Source of the DNA: Desulfobacterales bacterium
GTDB lineage: Bacteria > Desulfobacterota > Desulfobacteria > Desulfobacterales > JAUYIZ01
Assembly (NCBI GenBank): GCA_030688615.1
Contig: JAUYIZ010000358.1
Span: forward strand, 1,006-65,005
Length of the DNA: 64,000 bases
Reading direction: 5' to 3'
How positions within the stretch are numbered: position 1 is the first letter of the stretch; each line of letters opens with the position of its first letter. This document shows, piece by piece, positions 37,241-45,716 of the stretch. The notes beneath the pieces were generated by a model. It searched no databases. It was not told where the DNA came from and saw only the letters and a program-made list of their open reading frames with translations. A program made the translations under genes and the position numbers.

Positions 37241-38650
37241 ATGCCCTATAAAGACCTGAGACAATACATAACGGTTCTTGAAAACCGCGGAAAGCTTCAC
37301 CGGGTTACCAAAACCGTCGACAAGGACTGGGAAATCGCCGCCGTCTGCCGCCATCTGTTTGAAACCGTGCCCGGGGCTCAAAGACCGGCGCTGCTGTTCG
37401 AAAGCGTTGCCGGGTTTGCTATTCCGGTTTTGGTCAATGCCATCGGCGGGTCCAGAGAAATATATGCCCTGGGCCTGGACGTGCGGGTCGAAGATATCAA
37501 CCACAGATGGGATCAAGGGCTGCGGCATCCGCTGGCGCCATCTTATGTCGATTACGGCCCCTGCAAGGAAAACATCCTCGCCGGCGACGATGCCGACCTG
37601 ACCCGGCTTCCCGTTCCGGTATGGGTTGCGGCACATGACCCCGGCCCCTATATCACGGCCCCGTACGTATGCACCAAAGATCCGGACACCGGCCGGGCGA
37701 ACCTGGGAACCTGCCGGATGCAGGTCAAGGGCCCCAGGCGGGCCGGAGTCTGCCCTGCCGACAGCCAGAGCATCGGTCTTCTGAACCGGAATGCCGCCCG
37801 GGGAGTACCGACCCCCTGCGCCGTCGTGATCGGCGCGGACCCTGTCGTGGGGATGGTATCGGCAGCCACGCCCTCCTACGGGATGGACGCGTACATGCTG
37901 GCGGGAGGGTTGCGGGGCCAGCCGCTTGAACTCACAGCCTGTCAAACCGTGGATATTGCCGTGCCCGCAACGGCCGAAATCGTCATCGAAGGCCATATCC
38001 CGACGGATCGGGAGGCGGAAGGCCCCTTTGGGGAAACCACGGGGTACATGAGTCCGGCGGGCAATTGTCCCTATATCGACATCACCTGTATAACCTATCG
38101 AAACAACCCGATTTATCAGGCATTTTTCAGTCAGATGCCGCCCAGTGAGCTCAGCCGTATTCATCAAATCGGCAGGGAGCGGATGCTTTTTTACCATCTG
38201 CGCACCCTCGGGCTGCCGGTAAGAGATGTTCATTTCCCGGAATCCGGCGCCAGTGCCGGCATTATTGTAATTTCCATTGGCAGGCTGCAATACCCGGGGC
38301 AAGCCCGTCAGATAATGAATGCGGCCTGGGGCCTGGGCCAGGGGCTGGGCAAGTTCACCATCGTGGTGGACGACGACATTGACATCCGTGACAGTTTCGC
38401 GGTAGAGTGGGCCGTCAGTTTTCGCTCGCAGCCTGAAAGAGACGACTGGATCGTTGGAAATCTTCCCGCCCGGGGACCGGACCCTTCCCGGGCTCCGTCC
38501 GGGGGCCTGCAACAGGACCCGTACGGAGGGATGAGTTCCATTTTCGCAATTGATGCGACCCGGAAACATCCGTACCCGCCCATGGCGCTTCCACCCGGGG
38601 CCCATCTGGACGAGGTGGACAAGAACTGGCAAAAATATGGTTTTAATTAG
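37241..38650 (+). CDS. UbiD-family (de)carboxylase, paralog 3 (469 aa)
   Basis: The start MPYKDLRQYITVLE parallels paralog 2. NLGTCRMQV, VVIGADPV, AEGPFGETTGYM and QMPPSELSRIHQ are present. Confidence 0.8.
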   Translation: MPYKDLRQYITVLENRGKLHRVTKTVDKDWEIAAVCRHLFETVPGAQRPALLFESVAGFAIPVLVNAIGGSREIYALGLDVRVEDINHRWDQGLRHPLAPSYVDYGPCKENILAGDDADLTRLPVPVWVAAHDPGPYITAPYVCTKDPDTGRANLGTCRMQVKGPRRAGVCPADSQSIGLLNRNAARGVPTPCAVVIGADPVVGMVSAATPSYGMDAYMLAGGLRGQPLELTACQTVDIAVPATAEIVIEGHIPTDREAEGPFGETTGYMSPAGNCPYIDITCITYRNNPIYQAFFSQMPPSELSRIHQIGRERMLFYHLRTLGLPVRDVHFPESGASAGIIVISIGRLQYPGQARQIMNAAWGLGQGLGKFTIVVDDDIDIRDSFAVEWAVSFRSQPERDDWIVGNLPARGPDPSRAPSGGLQQDPYGGMSSIFAIDATRKHPYPPMALPPGAHLDEVDKNWQKYGFN

Positions 38651-38670
38651 TATTTGGGAGGCAGGAAAAC

Positions 38671-40365
38671 ATGACGCAAACCGTTGAAACAGTCACAAGC
38701 GATGTCCTGGTGATCGGGGGAGGCATCGGAGGTTTGACAGCGGCGATCAAGGCCAGAGGGCACGATGCCGACGTGCTGGTGGTGGACAAGGGCGGGATCG
38801 GCTGGGCCGGGCAGGTCCCCATTTCAGGGGGGCGGTCCATGGTCATCCTGCCGGAAGAATCCGTAGACAACTGGGTGAAATGGGCTGTCGAGAACGGGGA
38901 ATATCTGAACGATCAGGACTGGACCCGCCGGTTCGGTGAAAAGGTCCACGAGTGCACCATGGATCTGGCCGGTTGGGGGATGCCTTTTTTCAAGCAGGCA
39001 AATCAGCTCAATATCATCCCCAGGATGAAGGCCTACAAGGCAGTGCAATTCCCCGCGAAAAAACTGATGCCCAAGATGTGGAGCCATGCCCGTAAAAAAG
39101 GGGTGCGGATGATGGACAAGGTCGCCATCGTCGACCTGATTTCAAAGGACGGCGCAGTCACCGGCGCCCTGGGCCTGGGATTAACGGACAACCGCTTCTA
39201 CCTGTTCCGGGCCAAAGCTTTCATCATCGCCAACGGTTCCTGCCGCTATAAGCGGCAGAAAGGCTTTAACATGTGCAACGGTGAAGGGGTCGTCATGGCC
39301 TACAGGGCCGGCGCCCGGCTCAGAAATGCCGAGTTTTCCAACACCTACGGGTACTGTTCGGTGGGATACGAAGTGTTTACGCGCAACCCCATATATTACT
39401 TTTTTGTCAATTCCAAGGGGGAAAACATCCTCTTGAAACATTTCCCGGACATGCGGGAAGCCATGGAGACCAAGCGGGAAAAGCAGGACTATTCCAAAAT
39501 CACCGAGGCCATGGCCAGGGAGGTTTTTGCCGGCAACGGGCCGATCTATCTGGACCTTACCCGGTCAACCCCCGAAGAGCTTGATTTTGCCCGTGGCACA
39601 CACCTGGCCAAAGACGGCAGCGTGATCAGCGGTTTTTGGGACACCTTGCCCGCCAAGGGGATTCACCCGGACAGGGAAAAAGTTGAGATGATGCCCATGT
39701 TTGTCGGCGGCCAGGGCCCGATCCGGGTCGATTTGGAATGCCGGACCAATGTTTCACGCCTCTGGGCAATTGGAGATGCCTCTGCCCTGGGCTGCGGCTG
39801 GTCCGGCGCCAGGTCGCCGGGCACCGTGCCGGCCGTTGGAATTCCCTTTGCCTTTGTCAGCGGGTCCCTGGCCGGAACCAGCGCGGGGGTGTTTGTAAAA
39901 GATGCCCCGGAAACGGCCGTTGACATGCGGGAGGTGACAGCAAGAAAAGAAGAGATTCTCTCTCCGCTCAAACGCGGCAAGGGGCCGAATCATCGGGACC
40001 TGATCTGCCAGATACATGAAGCCGTTGTGCCGCTGAATTATAACTTTTTCAGAAAAAAAGACCGCCTGAAAGAGGCCATCGGCATGCTGGAAAAGGCCCG
40101 GGAGGACGTCGGCCACGGTGTGGCCAAGGATTTCCATCAGCTGGTTAAACTGGCCGAGGCCGAGGCCATGGCGGTGTCCGGAGAAATTACCTTCAGGGCG
40201 GCCCTGATGCGGCAAGAGTCCAGGGGGACTCACATGCGGGAGGATTTTCAGGATCAAGACAATGTCGACTGGCTCAAGTGGATCATCGTCGAACAGCAGG
40301 ATGACCGGATGCACCTTTTTACCGAGCCGGTCCCCATGGACAAGTATAAGTACAACATCAAGTAG
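38671..40365 (+). CDS. FAD-dependent oxidoreductase (fumarate reductase/succinate dehydrogenase/AprA-like flavoprotein family)
   Basis: Dinucleotide fold DVLVIGGGIGGLTAAIKA, a GDASALG motif, and a C-terminal RQESRGTHMREDF typical of this flavoprotein family. Confidence 0.7.
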   Translation: MTQTVETVTSDVLVIGGGIGGLTAAIKARGHDADVLVVDKGGIGWAGQVPISGGRSMVILPEESVDNWVKWAVENGEYLNDQDWTRRFGEKVHECTMDLAGWGMPFFKQANQLNIIPRMKAYKAVQFPAKKLMPKMWSHARKKGVRMMDKVAIVDLISKDGAVTGALGLGLTDNRFYLFRAKAFIIANGSCRYKRQKGFNMCNGEGVVMAYRAGARLRNAEFSNTYGYCSVGYEVFTRNPIYYFFVNSKGENILLKHFPDMREAMETKREKQDYSKITEAMAREVFAGNGPIYLDLTRSTPEELDFARGTHLAKDGSVISGFWDTLPAKGIHPDREKVEMMPMFVGGQGPIRVDLECRTNVSRLWAIGDASALGCGWSGARSPGTVPAVGIPFAFVSGSLAGTSAGVFVKDAPETAVDMREVTARKEEILSPLKRGKGPNHRDLICQIHEAVVPLNYNFFRKKDRLKEAIGMLEKAREDVGHGVAKDFHQLVKLAEAEAMAVSGEITFRAALMRQESRGTHMREDFQDQDNVDWLKWIIVEQQDDRMHLFTEPVPMDKYKYNIK

Positions 40366-40386
40366 TTTTATATTATCAGGAGGTAT

Positions 40387-40608
40387 GTGATGGCCATCGA
40401 TGTCCTGGATGAGCAGGCCTGTACGGGATGTGAAATATGCGTGAAGATTTGCCCGGAAGATGTGATATATATGCGGGAGAATGAAAAAAAGGCCTATGTC
40501 AGGTACCCGGAAGATTGCGTGGCATGCTTTGCCTGTGAGTTCTTCTGCCCGGTCGAATGTATTCAGATCAGTAAAGATCGTGCTTATGAGCTCCCGTTTC
40601 CGTACTAA
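40387..40608 (+). CDS. 2x[4Fe-4S] ferredoxin
   Basis: Two cluster motifs, CTGCEICVKICP and CVACFACEFFCP. Start is GTG at 40387 or ATG at 40390. Confidence 0.8.
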   Translation: MMAIDVLDEQACTGCEICVKICPEDVIYMRENEKKAYVRYPEDCVACFACEFFCPVECIQISKDRAYELPFPY

Positions 40609-40675
40609 ATCGGCGTGTATTCGGGGAGCCTGATATTTTACGAATCCGAGTCAGATAAAAAAATGGAAGGTGAAA

Positions 40676-42409
40676 ATGAAAAAACGCCATGTCGCGCTGT
40701 TATCCAAGATTTTGCGGCCGGAAAGCCCCCTGTTTATCGTGGCTTTTTTTACCGCAGCAATCATATGCACCCTCACGGCTGTTATCATCTGGTCCACTTT
40801 CCAGGAGGGGTTGCCCGAATTCAGCGCCAAGTTCACCCTGGCCAACTACGAGGAGGTGCTGCTCTATCCGCTGACACCCATGGCGGCCAAAAATACCATC
40901 ATTGTGGGGCTGGGGACGGTACTGGTGGCCTGTTTTTTTTCCCTCCCCCTGGGCTGGCTGATTCACCGCACCAACATTCCTCTCAAAGAACTTTTCTTAA
41001 CCCTGATATTTCTGCATGTGCTGCTTCCCGGATTTTTAAGGACCATGGGCTGGATCATGCTGTTAAGCCCGGAAATCGGCCTGATAAATCAGATGCTCCG
41101 GGTGATCATCCCGGTTGAAAGGGGCCCCCTGAGCCTCTATAACATCCCCTTTATCGCCCTGTTGCAGGGCGTCTCGCTGACACCGACCCTGTTTTTCATG
41201 GTGGCAGGGGCTTTTGTGGCCATCGACCCTTCCATCGAGGAGTCCGCCGAGGTGTGTGGCGCGTCCCGGTTGCAAAATCTTCGAGCCGTGGCGCTTCCCC
41301 TGGTCATGCCCGCCCTGGCGGCAGGGGCGATCTATACCTTCATGACCGCCATATCCATGTACGAAGTGGCTGCTTTGCTCGGCATGCCCAATAACATCCA
41401 TGTGTTCAGCACGCTGATGTATTCAGCTATTCATCCGGAAGTCGGCCTGCCCAGTTACGGTGTCGCCGGCGTGTACGGCATGCTGGTCCTGGTTCCGACG
41501 GTCGTCGCGCTGCGCTATTACCAGAAGATGTTGAAGCTCAGCCATCATTATGCCACCGTGACCGGGAAAGGCTATCGTCCGAAACTGACGGATCTGGGCC
41601 GCTGGAGATGGATCGGCGCCGGATTTGTCATCCTCTATTATTTAATAGACCTTGTGCTTCCCTTCCTGTCCGTGCTCTGGACCTCCTTTTCGCCGCGCAT
41701 CCAGCTGCCTTCCAGGGCGGCCCTCAAGACGCTTAATTTCGACGGCTACCTTTCCGCCATCCGCATGCTGGGAGACGGCGGCGTAATGCTCAACACCATC
41801 CAGCTTGTGTTTTTTGTGGCCATTATATGTGTGTCGGCAAGCTTGATCATATCCTGGTTTGTCCTGCGGACCAAGCTGCCGGGAAGATATGTTTTAGATA
41901 CCATTTCCATGATACCCCATGCCATTCCCGGCATCGCCTTTGCTTTCTCGGTGGCCTATGTGTCCTTGTTGTTCGTCCGGCAGATTCCTTTCCTGTACGG
42001 CAGTCTGGCGGCGATCATTCTTGCCGATTCCATTCGCCGCATGCCTTTTGCCACCCGGACAATCAGCGGATCATTGATTCAGATCCATAAAGAGCTCGAG
42101 GAAGCCGTAGAGATCAGCGGGGGTTCCAGGATCGTTGCGCTGCGGCGGGTCATCGTGCCGCTGATCACCCCGGCCCTGCTATATACCTTTGTGTGGACCG
42201 CACTGCATGCCTACCGGGAAGTTACGATCGCATTGTTTCTTCAAAGTCCGGGCAATATGGTTATGGCGACCGCCATCTGGCAGCGGTGGCAAAGCGGCGA
42301 AACCTCCGCCGCCGCCGCGCTGGGTGTCATCATGATCGTTTCGATGGGAATCATAGTGCTTTCAATACTGCGCGTCTTTCCTCAGGTCTTCGGAGGCAGA
42401 CGGGCGTAA
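40676..42409 (+). CDS. ABC importer permease, two fused transmembrane domains (FbpB/iron(III)-type architecture)
   Basis: About 577-aa polytopic protein. Two EAA-like regions are present: EESAEVCGASRLQNLRAVALPL and EEAVEISGGSRIVALRRVIVPL. Confidence 0.7.
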   Translation: MKKRHVALLSKILRPESPLFIVAFFTAAIICTLTAVIIWSTFQEGLPEFSAKFTLANYEEVLLYPLTPMAAKNTIIVGLGTVLVACFFSLPLGWLIHRTNIPLKELFLTLIFLHVLLPGFLRTMGWIMLLSPEIGLINQMLRVIIPVERGPLSLYNIPFIALLQGVSLTPTLFFMVAGAFVAIDPSIEESAEVCGASRLQNLRAVALPLVMPALAAGAIYTFMTAISMYEVAALLGMPNNIHVFSTLMYSAIHPEVGLPSYGVAGVYGMLVLVPTVVALRYYQKMLKLSHHYATVTGKGYRPKLTDLGRWRWIGAGFVILYYLIDLVLPFLSVLWTSFSPRIQLPSRAALKTLNFDGYLSAIRMLGDGGVMLNTIQLVFFVAIICVSASLIISWFVLRTKLPGRYVLDTISMIPHAIPGIAFAFSVAYVSLLFVRQIPFLYGSLAAIILADSIRRMPFATRTISGSLIQIHKELEEAVEISGGSRIVALRRVIVPLITPALLYTFVWTALHAYREVTIALFLQSPGNMVMATAIWQRWQSGETSAAAALGVIMIVSMGIIVLSILRVFPQVFGGRRA

Positions 42410-42463
42410 CCTGAGACCTTTGAAAAATGTCAGATAAGGTCTCCCCTTGGGAGGGTTCTGCTG

Positions 42464-43564
42464 ATGTTCAAGGCAACCAATCTACATAAGAGCTACTTTG
42501 TTGACGGCAATCCTGTGCGTGCGCTGCGGGGCGTTAGTTTTACGATTAACAAGGGAGATGTATACACCCTGCTGGGCCCCAGCGGATGCGGCAAAACCAC
42601 CATGCTGCGTTGTATTGCCGGGCTTGAAACACCCGACCAGGGAGAAATCACGCTGCAGGACAAGGTGCTGTTCTCAAGCCGCACCGGAGAATCTGAAGCC
42701 ACCTACCGGCGCAATCTCGGCATGGTGTTTCAATCTTATGCCATATGGCCCCACATGAACGTTTTTGACAATGTTGCCTTTCCCCTTTATTACGGGGGCC
42801 GAAAGCATTCCAAGCAGGAAATAAAGGATTTTGTGAAAAAGGCCCTGCAATCCGTCGAGCTGGAGGGCTTCGAGTCCCGTTCGGCCACCCTGTTGAGCGG
42901 CGGGCAGCAGCAGCGGGTTGCCCTGGCGCGCGCGCTGGTTTATCAGCCCAGTATTTTCCTGCTGGACGAACCCCTGAGCAACCTGGATGCCCGGCTGCGG
43001 GACGAGGTCCGCCAGGAACTCAAGGAACTGGTCAAGCGGCTCAACCTTACCGTCCTGTACGTTACCCACGACCAGGTTGAGGCCCTTTCCCTGTCCGACC
43101 GCATTGCCGTGATGCGCGACGGTCTAATCGTTCAGGAGGGAACCCCTTCCGAGATATACTTAACCCCGCAGGAAACGTTTGTGGGCACCTTCGTGGGCAA
43201 AGCCAACCTGATCCAGGGGGTTTTGGTTGAAAAAGACGGGGCCATGTGCCGGGTGAAAACGGATCTGGGACTGCTTCAGGGGGCGACATCGGGCGTGCCG
43301 GTTCAGAAAGGGGATTCGGTCGTGGTCCTGATCCGGCCCAATATCATCACCGCCGTGACCCAGAAACCCGCGGCCGAGACCAATGTTCTGGAAGCCGAAT
43401 TAGTGGATTCGACTTTTACCGGGGCCCTTACGGAGTGTCAAACCATGTGCGGCAATGTCGCCATAGAAGCCCAGATAGCCGGCTTGATCCAATTCAAGGT
43501 CAAGGAAAAGATATACCTGCAGTTTCCCCCGGAACTTTGCCGCATTCTGCCGGCAAAAGCGTAA
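42464..43564 (+). CDS. ABC transporter ATP-binding protein (PotA/FbpC-like, with a C-terminal TOBE-like domain)
   Basis: All catalytic motifs are intact: GPSGCGKTT, LSGGQQQRVALARAL, FLLDEPLSNLD, VTHDQ. Confidence 0.85.
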   Translation: MFKATNLHKSYFVDGNPVRALRGVSFTINKGDVYTLLGPSGCGKTTMLRCIAGLETPDQGEITLQDKVLFSSRTGESEATYRRNLGMVFQSYAIWPHMNVFDNVAFPLYYGGRKHSKQEIKDFVKKALQSVELEGFESRSATLLSGGQQQRVALARALVYQPSIFLLDEPLSNLDARLRDEVRQELKELVKRLNLTVLYVTHDQVEALSLSDRIAVMRDGLIVQEGTPSEIYLTPQETFVGTFVGKANLIQGVLVEKDGAMCRVKTDLGLLQGATSGVPVQKGDSVVVLIRPNIITAVTQKPAAETNVLEAELVDSTFTGALTECQTMCGNVAIEAQIAGLIQFKVKEKIYLQFPPELCRILPAKA

Positions 43565-43575
43565 AGCAGCAGAAC

Positions 43576-44715
43576 CTATTTCAGACGGCCGTCAACGCGG
43601 TCCGGGGCAAAATCCACCACTTCCAGGAGATTTCCCTTGCCGAAGTCTTTGCCGTCGATCAATTCGGCCAGTTCCTCGCTGGTGCCCTTAAAGCGCAAGG
43701 CCAGGACGAGCATCCCGCCGGATTGGCTCCAGGCTTCTTTTTTGCTGCTGACCACCTTGTCAAGCGTTTCGATGGCCGAGGAGACCTGCTTGTACAGCTG
43801 GAAGGTTTTCACCCCCGTTACCTGAAGCTGTAACGGCACCCCGTTGTTGAGAAAATCCTGAAACGAGTGGGTGATGGCGTCCACCAGGTATCCGTCCACC
43901 GCTTTCTGCGCTGCGTTCTTCAGGGCTTCCGTGGCGCCGGTCAGGGGGCTGACATGCGCCGCAACGCCGGTTTTGACCGCCGAACCTAAAACAAGCCCGC
44001 TCTGGGTCTGAATGACCTTGACCTGCAGGCTGGCCTGAAGGGACCGTAAGCCCGATCCGGGAAAAGCTTCGCCGATGTCCTGCACCACCGCATGGCCCAG
44101 CACCACATACTGAGCCCCCAGAGTCAGCCCGAGCCGGTTGGCCGCGGTCACGTTGCCGGCCAGGGCCTGCCGGGCCTGATCCAGCGCCCTTACCTTCTCA
44201 AACTGGCCCTGGTCCACAAGGTCAAACCCTTTGGCGCCAAGCAGGGAAGCACACTGGGTCTCGGCAATGCGCATGCCCGTCTTTTCCATTCCCATCGCAT
44301 CTTCACGGATCAGGATCATGAGCTTGGGGCGCGCCAGGCTTTCCACCAGGATCTTCAGGGCAATCAGATCATCTTTAATCTTGTCGGTGGATACCATGGC
44401 GCTGATCTTCACGGTGAATAAATCGTTGGCCCTGGTTTCCCGGGTAACCGTGTATCGGGTGATGTACCCTTCGGTGCGGGATAAAATCTTTTCCTTTTGA
44501 AGCACGAAATTCTGCACTTCACTTTCCGAATGCACAAAGACGCCGGCCGCCTGTTCCACCGCAGCCCGCATGGCCTGGCGCAAGGCGTCCTGGCCTGACA
44601 GGCCGCTGACCCCTTCGGCCTCGACGGCCTGCGGGGCAGCGGACGCGGCAGCGGACGCGGCAGCATTCAGGGTGACGGCCGCCAGAAAAGACAAACATAT
44701 AAATAGTTTATTCAT
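43576..44715 (-). CDS. Secreted LPP20/FlgT-N-like protein, paralog of gene 18525-19598
   Basis: Signal peptide with an (AAS)n stretch. Core: ALRQAMRAAVEQAAGVFVHSESEVQNFVLQKEKILSRTEGYITRYTV. Confidence 0.5.
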   Translation of the reverse strand: MNKLFICLSFLAAVTLNAAASAAASAAPQAVEAEGVSGLSGQDALRQAMRAAVEQAAGVFVHSESEVQNFVLQKEKILSRTEGYITRYTVTRETRANDLFTVKISAMVSTDKIKDDLIALKILVESLARPKLMILIREDAMGMEKTGMRIAETQCASLLGAKGFDLVDQGQFEKVRALDQARQALAGNVTAANRLGLTLGAQYVVLGHAVVQDIGEAFPGSGLRSLQASLQVKVIQTQSGLVLGSAVKTGVAAHVSPLTGATEALKNAAQKAVDGYLVDAITHSFQDFLNNGVPLQLQVTGVKTFQLYKQVSSAIETLDKVVSSKKEAWSQSGGMLVLALRFKGTSEELAELIDGKDFGKGNLLEVVDFAPDRVDGRLK

Positions 44716-44808
44716 TTTTCACATCCTTTGGTTGTCGTATGGCACCTGCCGGAACATGAATATATAATTTTACCGAACCCGGCGCAACATCCCGCCCAAG
44801 GCGGGAGA

Positions 44809-44830
44809 CTTTTTACAAAACCGTCAAGAC
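44809..44830. repeat. Solo right-end fragment of the MITE-like repeat
   Basis: CTTTTTACAAAACCGTCAAGAC matches 21 of 22 nt of the right end of copy C. The upstream GCGCAAC also matches the element. Confidence 0.55.
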
Positions 44831-44918
44831 GGCGGTTGAAAAAAATCACCAAACCGGGTATAGGCATAAAAGCATCATAACAGTTTCTTTCATTTTTTTC
44901 AAAAGGAGGATTTACAAA

Positions 44919-45716
44919 ATGGACTGGGGAATGAAAAATCGTCTGGCGCAACTGATCCAACCCGACGGGCACTGCTTTTTTCTGCCCATTGACCACGGTT
45001 ATTTTCAGGGTCCCACAAGAAAGCTGGAAAAGCCCGCTGAAACCATCCGGCCGCTGCATGCCTATGCAGACGGACTGTTTGTGACCCGGGGGGTGCTCCG
45101 GGCATGCGTGGATCCGGCAGACTGCCCCCCGATCATCCTGCGGGTTTCGGGCGGCGCCAGCATCATCGGCAAGGATCTGTCCCATGAGGCCGTCACCACC
45201 TCCATGCAGGAAGCCATCCGCCTCAACGTGGCCGCCGTCGGGATGTCCATCTTTGTGGGCAGCGAATACGAACACGATTCCCTGGTCAATCTGGGAAAAC
45301 TGGTCAACGAATGTGAAGACCACGGCATTCCGGTCATGGCGGTGACCGCCGTGGGCAAGGAGCTGGAGAAAAGGGATGCCCGCTACCTGGGACTGTGCTG
45401 CCGGATTGCCGCCGAATTCGGCGCCAAGGTGGTAAAGACCTACTGGTGCGAAAATTTCGACAAAATCGTCAACGGGTGTCCGGTTCCGGTGGTGATGGCC
45501 GGCGGGCCGAAATGCGAGACCCAGCGCGAGGTTTTCGAATTTGTTTACGACGGAATGTCCAAAGGCGCCATCGGGCTGAATCTGGGCAGGAATGTATGGC
45601 AGGATCCATACCCGGTGGCCATGATCAAGGCGCTGCGCGCGATCGTCCATGAAAAGGCCACGGTTTCGGACGCGGAAGACATTTTTCAGGACGAAAAGAA
45701 AAGGGCGGCTTCGTGA
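44919..45716 (+). CDS. DhnA/LsrF-type class I aldolase family protein
   Basis: FFLPIDHGYFQGP, AVGMSIFVGS, GAKVVKTYW and GLNLGRNVWQ are typical of the DeoC/FbaB (DhnA) family. Confidence 0.65.
   Translation: MDWGMKNRLAQLIQPDGHCFFLPIDHGYFQGPTRKLEKPAETIRPLHAYADGLFVTRGVLRACVDPADCPPIILRVSGGASIIGKDLSHEAVTTSMQEAIRLNVAAVGMSIFVGSEYEHDSLVNLGKLVNECEDHGIPVMAVTAVGKELEKRDARYLGLCCRIAAEFGAKVVKTYWCENFDKIVNGCPVPVVMAGGPKCETQREVFEFVYDGMSKGAIGLNLGRNVWQDPYPVAMIKALRAIVHEKATVSDAEDIFQDEKKRAAS

Noticed and set aside
40615-41118. 167-aa ORF overlapping the start of the ABC permease gene.
   Set aside because: It is an alternative frame of the permease gene. Its product is Gly/Pro/His-rich and low-complexity, whereas the permease frame gives coherent TM segments.
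43579-43596. TTCAGACGGCCGTCAA joins the left-end (TTCAGACGG) and right-end (CCGTCAA) words of the MITE-like element, like an empty site or minimal copy.
   Set aside because: It lies within the last codons (DGRLK) of gene 43576-44715. It is only a 10-bp palindrome (GACGGCCGTC) and could easily be coincidental.
44740-44756. TGGCAC followed by 5 nt, resembling the -24 element of a sigma54 promoter upstream of the aldolase operon.
   Set aside because: The -12 element is GGAAC rather than TTGC(A/T), and no enhancer-binding protein gene is nearby.
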